Shown here one piece after another: positions 8,600-17,631 of a stretch of DNA of 64,000 nt. The stretch comes from Syntrophorhabdaceae bacterium (lineage in GTDB: Bacteria; Desulfobacterota; Syntrophorhabdia; Syntrophorhabdales; Syntrophorhabdaceae): positions 3,616,001-3,680,000 of the forward strand of contig OY762209.1 in assembly GCA_963665295.1 (NCBI GenBank), written 5' to 3'. Position 1 is the stretch's first letter. Each line of letters opens with the position of its first letter. The position numbers and the translations under genes were made by a program. The notes under the pieces are model-generated. The model was not told the origin of the DNA, ran no database searches, and saw only the letters and a program-made list of their open reading frames with translations.

Positions 8600-9766
8600 A
8601 TGTCATCAACCATAACATTTTTTCCCGTCGGCAATGGTGATATGACCCTCATAAAGTTGGCCGATAAGACCACGATACTTATCGACATTAACTTACGAGA
8701 AATCGCTGAAGATGAACAGGATCCGAGTTGCGATGTGCTAAAAAAATTAAGGGAGAAGCTTGAGAAAGACCTCGAGGGGAGGCCCTATGTAGATGTTTTT
8801 CTCTTAAGCCATCCCGATCAGGACCACTGTAGAGGTCTAAAGAAGTACTTCCATCTCGGACCGTTGGCCGACTACAACACCAAACCTGATGAAGGAGAGG
8901 AATTGAAGATTGTCATTCAGGAGATGTGGTCCTCGCCCATAGTATTTCGAAGGGCAAGCAGGAATAATCCGCTGTGCGAGGACGCGAAGGCATTGAATTC
9001 AGAGGCCAGGAGGAGAGTCAATCTGTTTAAAGAAAAGGGGTCTGCTCTTGGCGGTGATCGAATCATTATCATCGGAGAAGATGAAAACGGGAAAACCGAT
9101 GGCTTGGATGCGATTCTTGTTAAGATAGATGAGGTCTTCAACCGAATTAACGACAAGATGAGTGACGAAATCTCTATGCGGGTCTTGGCACCGTTGCCGT
9201 CACAAGGAGACTCGGAGGAACAGAATCTCAGGAAGAATCATTCGAGCGTGATCCTTCAACTATCGTTCACCGTTGACGGGCGGCAGGACTCTTGCCTGTT
9301 TCTAACCGGTGGAGATGCTGAAGTATACGTTTGGGAAAAAATGTGGGGCAGAAAAAAGGACAGGCCATCCGACCTCAAATATGATCTCCTGTTGAATCCC
9401 CACCATTGTTCGTGGCACTCGCTCTCTTACGACAGTTGGAGCGAAGACGAAGATCCCCAGGTTAACCAAGATGCCAAATCTGCCCTCTCTCAATGCAAGG
9501 CCGGCGCGTTTATTGTTTCCAGCAGCAAGCCCATCAAAGACGACGAAAGCGATCCGCCTTGTTGGGGGGCGAAACAAGAGTATTTGGATATACTGAGGCA
9601 GGCGAAGGGGCAATTCTATTGTACGGGAGAATATCCTACTGAGAAGAACCCTGAGCCATTGACTGTTGTTGCGACAAAGGAAGGTTTCCAACCACCGTCA
9701 AAGAAAAGCGCATCGATGTCTGCGATCATAGCAGGCAGCACAAGAGAACACCACGGCCATGGGTAA
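8600..9766 (+). CDS. Metallo-beta-lactamase-fold hydrolase of a 6A-MBL-type ubiquitin-like module
   Basis: FFPVGNGDMTLI, LSHPDQDH (HxDxDH), GGDAE, PHHCS; ends ...EHHGHG; AGGAGG before ATG 8600. Confidence 0.85.
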   Translation: MSSTITFFPVGNGDMTLIKLADKTTILIDINLREIAEDEQDPSCDVLKKLREKLEKDLEGRPYVDVFLLSHPDQDHCRGLKKYFHLGPLADYNTKPDEGEELKIVIQEMWSSPIVFRRASRNNPLCEDAKALNSEARRRVNLFKEKGSALGGDRIIIIGEDENGKTDGLDAILVKIDEVFNRINDKMSDEISMRVLAPLPSQGDSEEQNLRKNHSSVILQLSFTVDGRQDSCLFLTGGDAEVYVWEKMWGRKKDRPSDLKYDLLLNPHHCSWHSLSYDSWSEDEDPQVNQDAKSALSQCKAGAFIVSSSKPIKDDESDPPCWGAKQEYLDILRQAKGQFYCTGEYPTEKNPEPLTVVATKEGFQPPSKKSASMSAIIAGSTREHHGHG

Positions 9767-12116
9767 ACAAAAGAAAAGGATCTCTACAAAAGGCGGGGAT
9801 ATACGTATAGCCCCCTCCTGCACGAGAGTCCATCCGGAAGCCGAATGTGCTTGGAAGGTAGTTCGCGCCCACCCATCAGTAGCGGGAGAAGTCCCTTTCC
9901 CTGTATTATTGCGGGATGGAGGCTTCCAGATGACTTTCGACATGGATGTGGCTCTGCCTTCAAGGGCCAGAGCAAGGGGGATAAGTCGAACTAGCGTAAG
10001 ATCCAAGGAACAAATTGAGCTCCTGTTTCCTCCCGCGTATCCATACAGGGCTCCACTAATTTTGTTAAGGCCAGATTTCAACAAATTCCTTGCGCACATG
10101 AACCCCGTACTACGGGTTTCGGGAAGAGACTACGTGTCTCCCTGTGTCTACGAAGGCCCGCTCGAGGAGTTGCTCCACGAAGAGGGCGATGGGCTAAGCG
10201 AGATACTCAATCAGCTTTCAGATTGGCTTAGTAAAGCGGCCATCGACGACTTGATAGACACCAGGCAAGGTTGGGAGCCAATCCGTCGAGATCGCCTGTT
10301 GGGGTGGATGACATACGATCTCTCGCGTATCAGGTCACATGCGGAAGATAGAAGGGGTTCGTCAGTATTTCCGTGCAACGTATGGGTATCGACGGGTCCG
10401 GAAGAGACGTTCGGCAATGTATGGGTAGCGGATGAGAAGAAGATGCGCATCACCCCTCTGCTTGTTCGAAGCTGCTTCATGCCGGACGGTAACCAGAGTC
10501 CCTATGGTGCGTGGTATAGATCCTTGACGATCCTCGCATGGGGCGACTCAACATCGATTGTTGGCCGGTATCTTCCTGAGAGCGTCACGAATTTTCGTCA
10601 GCTATGCGAGAGAGCGAAGGATTATGGTCTCCTTGATGTTTTGAGTAGCGCCATCGAAGATCTCAGGTGGGCCGCAAAAGAGGGATCTCGCGACCTTCAC
10701 CGTTTCTTGCTTTCCGTAATTCTCTGCGTCAGAAGGCCCTGTCACTTAATCGGAGATGCTTCGTCGCTTGAGCTCATTCCATATATTGTTTGGTGTGAGA
10801 CCGAGGAATGTGTCGGCCCATTGGGGGAGCCTGTCATAAGAATCGATGCAGATTCAAAGGTTTTGCCACTAGCGCACCGACACAAGGTGACAAAACGGCT
10901 TCTCCAAAAGATGTCGGGCCGGAAAGTGTCAGTGGAAGATGGTCCTATCGTTTGCATCGGCTGTGGAAGTGTAGGCTCCAAAATGGCCATGCATCTTGCC
11001 CGCTCTGGTTATGAGTCCTTCAAGCTCATAGATAGGGCCAGTTTCTCCCCGCATAACATGGCGCGGCACGCGTTGACGGTTGCTTCGCACGCACCGTTGC
11101 CGAAAGCGGTACTTCTTGCTGAAGAGATCAAGCTGCTCGGACTAAGAGCAGAAGGGGTAAACGAGGATATTGTCGACTTAATCAGTGACCAGAACGAGAA
11201 GCTATCCGGCGTTCTCAACAAAGCACGTTTGATCATCGAATCAACCGGGTCTATGGCAGTCAGAGATGTCCTGGTCTCGCTGCCCCCCCGGAGATTTTCG
11301 GGGAGGTTGATGCACACCATACTTTACGAGGAAGGAACCATAGGAGTTATGGCGATCGAGGGCACCGGAAGAAACCCCAACGTGAATGACCTAATCTTGC
11401 AGTTCTATGACGAACAGGTTGATAACGAACGCCTACCGCCTCTTTCTTCTCCGCAAGCTGGAACAAGACGTTATGAGATTGGACTTGGTTGCGGATCGCA
11501 GACAATGATCATGCCTGATACTCGAGTTTCTTTATTCTCTGCGGGAATGGCTGAGCGGGCTGCCCAGATTCTCGAAGGCAATGACGGCGGCCTCTTTGAA
11601 GGAGAGCTTTGGGTAGGGACACTTGACAAGAAAAGGATAGGCGTTTCTTGGAAACTTTGGAAGATTGGGCAGACAAGAATCTTGACCTTCGCGGGAAATA
11701 ATTTGTGGCACATAAGGATACTTGACCGGGCGGCAGAGCAGATGTCTGTGGAGGTAAAGAAGTGGGCAGACCTGGAGACTGGCGGCGTATTGATGGGCAG
11801 AATCTCGTTATACAACCGGTCATTCAATGTTTCGAGGGTGGTAGAAGCTCCTCCCGATTCTATAAGATCAAAGAACTCATTTGTTCTTGGCACCGAAGGA
11901 CTGATGAAGACGGTGCAACGCATACACGAAGAATCGGGCGGGGTGCTCACCTATGTGGGGACCTGGCATAGCCATCCCAAGGGTGGGGCGGCATCATCCA
12001 TCGACAGGAATTGTCTGGAAGAGCTTAGACGGGTTCGCCTTGGGGTGCCGGCGGTGGGTGTGATTTGGACTCCGTCCGGATTTCGAGCAATTGCAGATGA
12101 AGGCAAACTTGCTTAA
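9759..12116 (+). CDS. E2-E1(ThiF)-JAB fusion protein (Cap2/Cap3-like)
   Basis: E2: FPPAYPYRAP..HMNP...PCVYEG; E1: IGCGSVGS, D.ASFSPHNMARH, IIESTGS, GLGCGSQT; JAB: ETGGVLMG, GTWHSHP, SSID. Confidence 0.9.
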   Translation: MGKQKKRISTKGGDIRIAPSCTRVHPEAECAWKVVRAHPSVAGEVPFPVLLRDGGFQMTFDMDVALPSRARARGISRTSVRSKEQIELLFPPAYPYRAPLILLRPDFNKFLAHMNPVLRVSGRDYVSPCVYEGPLEELLHEEGDGLSEILNQLSDWLSKAAIDDLIDTRQGWEPIRRDRLLGWMTYDLSRIRSHAEDRRGSSVFPCNVWVSTGPEETFGNVWVADEKKMRITPLLVRSCFMPDGNQSPYGAWYRSLTILAWGDSTSIVGRYLPESVTNFRQLCERAKDYGLLDVLSSAIEDLRWAAKEGSRDLHRFLLSVILCVRRPCHLIGDASSLELIPYIVWCETEECVGPLGEPVIRIDADSKVLPLAHRHKVTKRLLQKMSGRKVSVEDGPIVCIGCGSVGSKMAMHLARSGYESFKLIDRASFSPHNMARHALTVASHAPLPKAVLLAEEIKLLGLRAEGVNEDIVDLISDQNEKLSGVLNKARLIIESTGSMAVRDVLVSLPPRRFSGRLMHTILYEEGTIGVMAIEGTGRNPNVNDLILQFYDEQVDNERLPPLSSPQAGTRRYEIGLGCGSQTMIMPDTRVSLFSAGMAERAAQILEGNDGGLFEGELWVGTLDKKRIGVSWKLWKIGQTRILTFAGNNLWHIRILDRAAEQMSVEVKKWADLETGGVLMGRISLYNRSFNVSRVVEAPPDSIRSKNSFVLGTEGLMKTVQRIHEESGGVLTYVGTWHSHPKGGAASSIDRNCLEELRRVRLGVPAVGVIWTPSGFRAIADEGKLA

Positions 12117-12235
12117 CTTAACTGATCCTGCCCCGATGATTGAGCATTGAACGTGAAGGAGGACACGATTCTTTGGTTTCCGAGATCGAAGACTATGGCT
12201 GAGGGGTATATATTTATCTTCACGGAGGCACATAT

Positions 12236-12868
12236 TTGACAAAACCACTGAAGGAACAAAATCGTTGGCAGATTTGGCTCATCGTTGCGGTGAATACGGT
12301 TTTTCTATGTGCCTTAGTGCAAGTCGATGCCATTCAGGCCGTAAACTTCCGAACTATTTTCGAAAGTACCGAGAGCTTTCTGTCGCCTGCCCTTGCAATT
12401 ATTGTTTCGACAGCTCTGAATGGGCTATTAAGCGCCGACAACAAGGCACGCTTGGTGTTCTTACGGTGGCGATACGCTTTACCAGGCCATCGCGCTTTCA
12501 CCCAATACGGCAAGTTCGACCCCCGGATTGACCTGGACAAGCTGACAGAGGCTCAGGGTATAATGGTTCCTACCGACCCCACCGAGCAGAATCAGCTCTG
12601 GTATCGTCTCTATAAGACGGTTGAAAATAGTCCTGCCGTCTTGCAGACCCACCGTGATTTCCTCCTTATGAGGGACTATACCGGCTTGGCGGCATTGTTT
12701 GTTCCGTTCCTTGGGGCGATAGGATTCTACGCTATCGCATCTATAACAACGTCTTGCGTCTATTCTCTCTGTCTCCTGGGGCAGTATTTGGTGGTGCGCC
12801 AGGCAGCCGCGCATTATGGTATTCGGATGGTTGCTACTGTTCTTGCTCAGAAAATGATACACCCCTGA
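12236..12868 (+). CDS. Multi-pass membrane protein, putative defence effector
   Basis: About four hydrophobic segments around a soluble loop (LPGHRAF, DPRID, EQNQLWY, HRDFLLMRD); GGAGG before TTG. Confidence 0.7.
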   Translation: MTKPLKEQNRWQIWLIVAVNTVFLCALVQVDAIQAVNFRTIFESTESFLSPALAIIVSTALNGLLSADNKARLVFLRWRYALPGHRAFTQYGKFDPRIDLDKLTEAQGIMVPTDPTEQNQLWYRLYKTVENSPAVLQTHRDFLLMRDYTGLAALFVPFLGAIGFYAIASITTSCVYSLCLLGQYLVVRQAAAHYGIRMVATVLAQKMIHP

Positions 12869-13242
12869 CTAATACATTAATAACCCATGCCTGACGCAAA
12901 GCAAGTTGTGCAGTAACTGTAGATTGTAAAATACATTTGACTCCTTCTTCGCAATAGGAATGGGGGAACCGTTTTCTTGCTCCGCAATTTTCACAACCAC
13001 GACTGCAGATCATTCGGCTCTCTTTTGCAGGACTTCCGGCGATTCGGAGAAGACTACACCGTCAGCCATGGGTCAATTCAATCCGATGAGAGGGGGTCAA
13101 ATGTATTTGATAATCTATTCCTTTTTTATGCGGGTCCCTACGCGTTCTCTGGATTAATAATGGCCCTGATGTCTCCTCGGTGGGTAAACTTTCGGATAGA
13201 TTAAGACATGCATTTATCGTATGCTTGATGGCAGGAGGGGAT

Positions 13243-13788
13243 ATGAAACCCGAGATAGTTGTTAGTATCTGCGCCGTGTTTATTTCGGTATTGTCGCTCG
13301 TACTTTCGGCGTATTATGGGTGGTGCACCCGAGACCATAATAGGCGATCGGTAAAACCGCTGCCTTATGTGTCACCATCCGATTTTGAGAACTTGATATC
13401 GGTTCGCTTGTGGAACTACGGCAATGGGCCATTGATTTTAAAGGACGTCATTGCACGCGGAAACCAGGATGGTGTGTCAGGTCACCTCGTCGATTTACTC
13501 CCGGAGCTTCCGGACGGTCTGTACTTCAATAGTTATGTTAAGATCTTACGCGGTAGGGCCATCCCACCGGGAGGGAGACTTACTCTTGTCGAATTCAGCC
13601 CCGACGTTAATGATATTAAGGCGATCGCATACCGAGAGAAGCTTCGTGATGCCCTTGGGCGCCTATCTGTTGATGTCGATTTTACGGACATTTATGACAC
13701 AGCCTTTCTTACCTACAACAGAGATTTAACATGGTTTCACAGAACGAAACATGCCAATCGGGCGATGCTGCCCCGAAAACATGGTTAA
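13243..13788 (+). CDS. Hypothetical protein with N-terminal TM anchor
   Basis: MKPEIVVSICAVFISVLSLVLS; LWNYGNGP motif; GGAGG RBS. Confidence 0.65.
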   Translation: MKPEIVVSICAVFISVLSLVLSAYYGWCTRDHNRRSVKPLPYVSPSDFENLISVRLWNYGNGPLILKDVIARGNQDGVSGHLVDLLPELPDGLYFNSYVKILRGRAIPPGGRLTLVEFSPDVNDIKAIAYREKLRDALGRLSVDVDFTDIYDTAFLTYNRDLTWFHRTKHANRAMLPRKHG

Positions 13789-14137
13789 CATAGCTGAAGC
13801 ATTCCTCCCTTTTTTCTCGATAGGCGCTCCACTTGGAAGGCCGCGAATGCTGAATCTCGCCGTTCTTCGGACAACTTCCACGCTGTGAAATGGATAAAAG
13901 CATCTATGTTATGTTCGACAGCTCCACTGAATACACTATTCCGGGCAATGGCTTTGTCAAGCTCTAAGAATTCCTTCTTACGACCTCCGACGCGTCCTTC
14001 GTTGGCCAAGTGGAGATCAGCGTAAAAATAGCCACTGCCAATTCGATTCATTATTGTCAAATTCAAAATACGTTCGGTCGAGATAAGGCTGCGTTGTGTG
14101 AACTGGGAGGGAAAGGTGAGGAAATACGGGTGGTTAT

Positions 14138-14223
14138 GGGGAGGGGGGATCGGGAAGGGGAGGGGTTTAGAATATTAAACGGGGAAAGAGGGCGGTCGGG
14201 AAAAAGCGGGGAGAGGGGGAGGG
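14138..14223 (+). repeat. G-rich low-complexity tract with two canonical G-quadruplex motifs
   Basis: GGGGAGGGGGGATCGGGAAGGGGAGGGG (14138-14165) and a six-G-run cluster (14181-14223). Confidence 0.6.
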
Positions 14224-14425
14224 ATGCGAAACGAAGCAGGACAAAAAGAAATACAAAAGAGGGTGGGACGAGAATTCTTGGAGAGGGGCGTGTCAAAGTT
14301 TGGCACGGCACTGCATGTGAGGCGCCTCCGATCTGTTCTGCTCACTCCGGCGCAGGTCTTCACGAATTGCACCAACACGGTTCTACCGCTCAGCGCTGAA
14401 GCAAATCGATTTTGTCGTGACGGAT

Positions 14426-14693
14426 TCAATCGCCAATCGTGTGGCGTCCCCTCAATAACGTTCCTCCCCCCCTCTCCTCCGTGACCAGTTCGCTCATAGG
14501 CTTGCCGGCAACGCGAATGGAGTCCCTGAATTTCTTCTGATCCGCCAATATCTCCTTTCTTTCGGAGGATACAGGAACGAGGCGAGCCACACGTTTGCCA
14601 TGGCTGGTAATGATCACCTCCTCACCGGCTATGACCCGTTCGAGAAGAGAGCTGAATTTGGCCCTTGCTTCTTTCACTCCAATCTCCAGACAT
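14426..14693 (-). pseudogene. Phd/YefM antitoxin, orphan, with damaged start and aberrant C-terminus
   Basis: (LEIG)VKEARAKFSSLLERVIAGEEVIITSHGKRVARLVP; ATG out of frame by 1 nt; no toxin downstream. Confidence 0.7.
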
Positions 14694-14947
14694 CCTCCCG
14701 TTCAATGGCCGACGTGCACCATCAGGAAATAATCCCATGCTCTATGCGAAGAATCAGTTGTTCCACTTCTCGGGCGCCGCCGTCAGCCTGGAGTACATCG
14801 ATCGCGATAGCGCCACCGAGACCGTGCTGTGGGGTCCGGACATCCGCCGATAGCGCGGCGAATCGTCGATTATTTTCTTGGTTTACAGGTGACCGGAATA
14901 TTGATTAAACATAGTCTGGAATAACAGTGAGCTTAGACTATGAGGCC

Positions 14948-15751
14948 TCAGGCAATATCGATTCTTCGGTCGAGATACCCGACCTGTTCTTCATAGTAGG
15001 AATCCCAGTACCCGCCATACCGACTCCTGATGAAACTCGAAAACCTTTCGGCCATTCCCCGTTGTTCGTGCTTATCGGTTAGAATAAAGTAGGCCCTGGG
15101 ACTATATGGCCAATAGCGAAGGGCAAATATCTTGCCGCTTGGGTTGACATGTTCTCTCAATTGGTCAACCCTTGCCCGAATCTGATTCTCATGAGTCCCG
15201 TTTCGGTTGAGGTGGTGATAAATGACTGTGACATCTTTGTCTTTTGTCAATATGGACACTTCTGAGTAATAGGTAAACTTTCCCGCTTTGAGCTGACTTA
15301 TCTTCGAGCATGAAGGTATTTCCAGACCGTTGTCTGGATCAAGAAATATTACGTTGCACCCAGATACCTTCAAGGCGGCCCTCCTCAGCCAGCGCTTTCT
15401 GTTAGCTTCCCTTTCTCCCTTGTCCTTTTCGCGTTGGGAAGGATATTTTAGATGAAAATCGAGCGGTTCAGAAAAATAAACGGTATTCCCGGGAAGTAGT
15501 CCTGCTTTTTCAAGAGCTGTGACGGAGCGATGACCACGCACTATCTCCGACAACTTCTCGCAAAGGTCATCGTCGCAGCACCGAAAGGCACGGTTCGTTG
15601 AATAGTCTACGTGCCGACCATCGTCGTTGTGGGATTCATCAGGGAAGAGGTACCAAATTACCCCTAATCGGTTCTTGGGATCGCTCAGCAAATAACGCAG
15701 GAGCAAGAACTTCCCGAAGTCTCCGACATCCCCGGCATATCTGTTTTGCAT
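14948..15751 (-). CDS. Hypothetical protein, possible SAM-dependent methyltransferase fold (RlmJ-like motifs)
   Basis: RYAGDVGDFGK near the N-terminus and VIFLDPDNG. Confidence 0.6.
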   Translation of the reverse strand: MQNRYAGDVGDFGKFLLLRYLLSDPKNRLGVIWYLFPDESHNDDGRHVDYSTNRAFRCCDDDLCEKLSEIVRGHRSVTALEKAGLLPGNTVYFSEPLDFHLKYPSQREKDKGEREANRKRWLRRAALKVSGCNVIFLDPDNGLEIPSCSKISQLKAGKFTYYSEVSILTKDKDVTVIYHHLNRNGTHENQIRARVDQLREHVNPSGKIFALRYWPYSPRAYFILTDKHEQRGMAERFSSFIRSRYGGYWDSYYEEQVGYLDRRIDIA

Positions 15752-15807
15752 ATCCTCTTGCCACCTTTATTTTAAATTACCACCAGCCGCAAACACCAAG
15801 CCCTCGT

Positions 15808-17631
15808 TTACTCCACTGTCACGCTCTTTGCCAGGTTCCGGGGCTGGTCTACGTCGGTACCGCGGAAGTTGGCGATGTGGTACGCGAGGAGTTGGAGGGG
15901 CACAATCGCGAGTATGGGCTGCAACTCGTAAATGGTCTCCGGGAATACGAAGGTTGTCTCCACCCTTGACGCCATTTCGTGGTCATCGTCGTCGGTAAAG
16001 AGCAGGGTCTTGCCTCTTCTGGTGATTGCTTCTTCCATGTTGCTGCACGTCTTCTTGTACGTGTGGTCTCTGGGGGAGACGACGACGATAGGCAGATTTT
16101 CATCTATCAGAGCGATAGGTCCGTGCTTCATCTCTCCCGCCGCATACGCCTCGGCGTGGATATAGGATATCTCCTTCAGCTTGAGGGCGCCTTCCAGGAC
16201 CGTGGGATAGTTGATACCTCTCCCCAGGTAGAGGAAATCTTTGTAATTCATGTACTTCCGGGCGAATTCCTCCACTTTGGAAGCCCCGTCGAGAATAGTC
16301 TGTATCTTGTGAGGCACCTTCTTGATCTCTCCGATAAAATCCCTCACTTCATCAGCATTCATGATGCCGAGTTTCCTCCCCACGTGAAGCATGAGGAGAT
16401 AAAGGACGGCAATCTGGGTGGTAAATGCCTTTGTGGAAGCGACGCCGATCTCGGGCCCGGCATGGGTGAATATCACTCCGTCGCACTCCCTCGCAAGGGT
16501 GCTTCCGAGGACGTTGCAGATGCACAACGTGTAAGCTCCGTTCCTTTTGCCTTCCTTCATGGCGGCGATGGTATCCGCTGTCTCTCCCGACTGGGAAATG
16601 AGGATGAGCATGTGGTCTTTGGTGATGATGGGATCCCTGTACCTGAACTCGGACGCGATGTCCGTCTCCACGGGTATCCGGAGGTTTGCTTCAAACATCT
16701 GCTTGCCTATCATACACGCGTGGTACGAGGTGCCGCAGGCGACCATCCATATTTTCGTTATATTGCCGAGATCGGGCAGTTCCAATTCCTCAAAATCGAC
16801 CTCGCCTTTTTCTTCCTTGATTCTGCCGATAAGGGTCTCGGAAATGGCCCGTGGCTGCTCAAAAATTTCCTTGAGCATAAAGTGCCTGTAGCCGCCCTTT
16901 TCGGCCATGGCTCCGCTCCAGTTGACCTCATGGATTTTACGCTCCACGGGCAGACCGTTCGTCGTGGTGAGGGTGAAACCGCCGTTCTTGAAAACGGCCA
17001 TGTCATTATCTTCCATGAATATGAACCGGTTCGTCCGGTTGAGGACAGCGGGCACGTCGCTCGCAATGAAGTACTCGCCGACCCCCACACCTATGACAAG
17101 GGGACTCTCTTTCTTTGCCGCGATCATGGTCCTTTCGCCTTCTCTTATTATGCCAAGGGCATAAGACCCCTTCATCTCACCCAGGGACGCTCTCACGGCT
17201 TCGACAAAGTCGAGACCTTTGTCCAGGTAGCTCGTGATGAGATGGGGAATGACCTCGGTGTCCGTGTCGGAAAGGAACTCGTGACCGGCCTTCTTCAGCT
17301 TCTCTCTCAGCTCCATATAATTTTCCACGATGCCGTTGTGGACCACAACCACGTCGCCTGCGCGATGGGGATGGGCGTTTCTTTCGGAGGGGGTTCCGTG
17401 GGTCGCCCACCGCGTGTGGGCGAGGCCGAGGGACCCTTTGAAGGAGTCCGTGCCGCACACCTCTTTACGCAACTCGTCAACCTTGCCCTTCTTGCGTCCT
17501 ATCTCTATCTTGCCTTCGTGCCATATGGCGATCCCCGCCGAATCATATCCCCTGTATTCAAGTCTTTTCAAAGCGTCAATGAGCATATCGCATGCTTCTT
17601 CGCTACCCTTGTAGCCGACTATCCCGCACAT
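15808..17631 (-). CDS. glmS: Glutamine--fructose-6-phosphate transaminase
   Basis: MCGIVG, HTRWATHG, C-terminal PRNLAKSVTVE. Confidence 0.99.
   Translation of the reverse strand: MCGIVGYKGSEEACDMLIDALKRLEYRGYDSAGIAIWHEGKIEIGRKKGKVDELRKEVCGTDSFKGSLGLAHTRWATHGTPSERNAHPHRAGDVVVVHNGIVENYMELREKLKKAGHEFLSDTDTEVIPHLITSYLDKGLDFVEAVRASLGEMKGSYALGIIREGERTMIAAKKESPLVIGVGVGEYFIASDVPAVLNRTNRFIFMEDNDMAVFKNGGFTLTTTNGLPVERKIHEVNWSGAMAEKGGYRHFMLKEIFEQPRAISETLIGRIKEEKGEVDFEELELPDLGNITKIWMVACGTSYHACMIGKQMFEANLRIPVETDIASEFRYRDPIITKDHMLILISQSGETADTIAAMKEGKRNGAYTLCICNVLGSTLARECDGVIFTHAGPEIGVASTKAFTTQIAVLYLLMLHVGRKLGIMNADEVRDFIGEIKKVPHKIQTILDGASKVEEFARKYMNYKDFLYLGRGINYPTVLEGALKLKEISYIHAEAYAAGEMKHGPIALIDENLPIVVVSPRDHTYKKTCSNMEEAITRRGKTLLFTDDDDHEMASRVETTFVFPETIYELQPILAIVPLQLLAYHIANFRGTDVDQPRNLAKSVTVE

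Noticed and set aside
8600..12116. Calling the operon CBASS type II
   Set aside because: No CD-NTase; the gene before the E2-E1-JAB fusion is a metallo-beta-lactamase
12960..13204. Short ORFs between the TM genes
   Set aside because: No recognisable motif or RBS; at most degraded fragments
13785..14066. 93-aa minus-strand ORF
   Set aside because: TTG start without RBS and no recognisable domain
14300..14316. Sigma54 promoter TGGCACGGCACTGCA
   Set aside because: GG-to-GC spacing is 9 nt, not the required 10, and no clear gene follows
14700..14853. Possible 3' gene fragment on the plus strand
   Set aside because: Too short to assign
3240..15790. Integron cassette array
   Set aside because: Mixed gene orientation, no RYYYAAC...GTTRRRY attC pairs seen, no integrase
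15752..15807. Tn7 end downstream of glmS
   Set aside because: Only an isolated TGT; no TnsB-site repeats, matching far end, 5-bp duplication or tns genes
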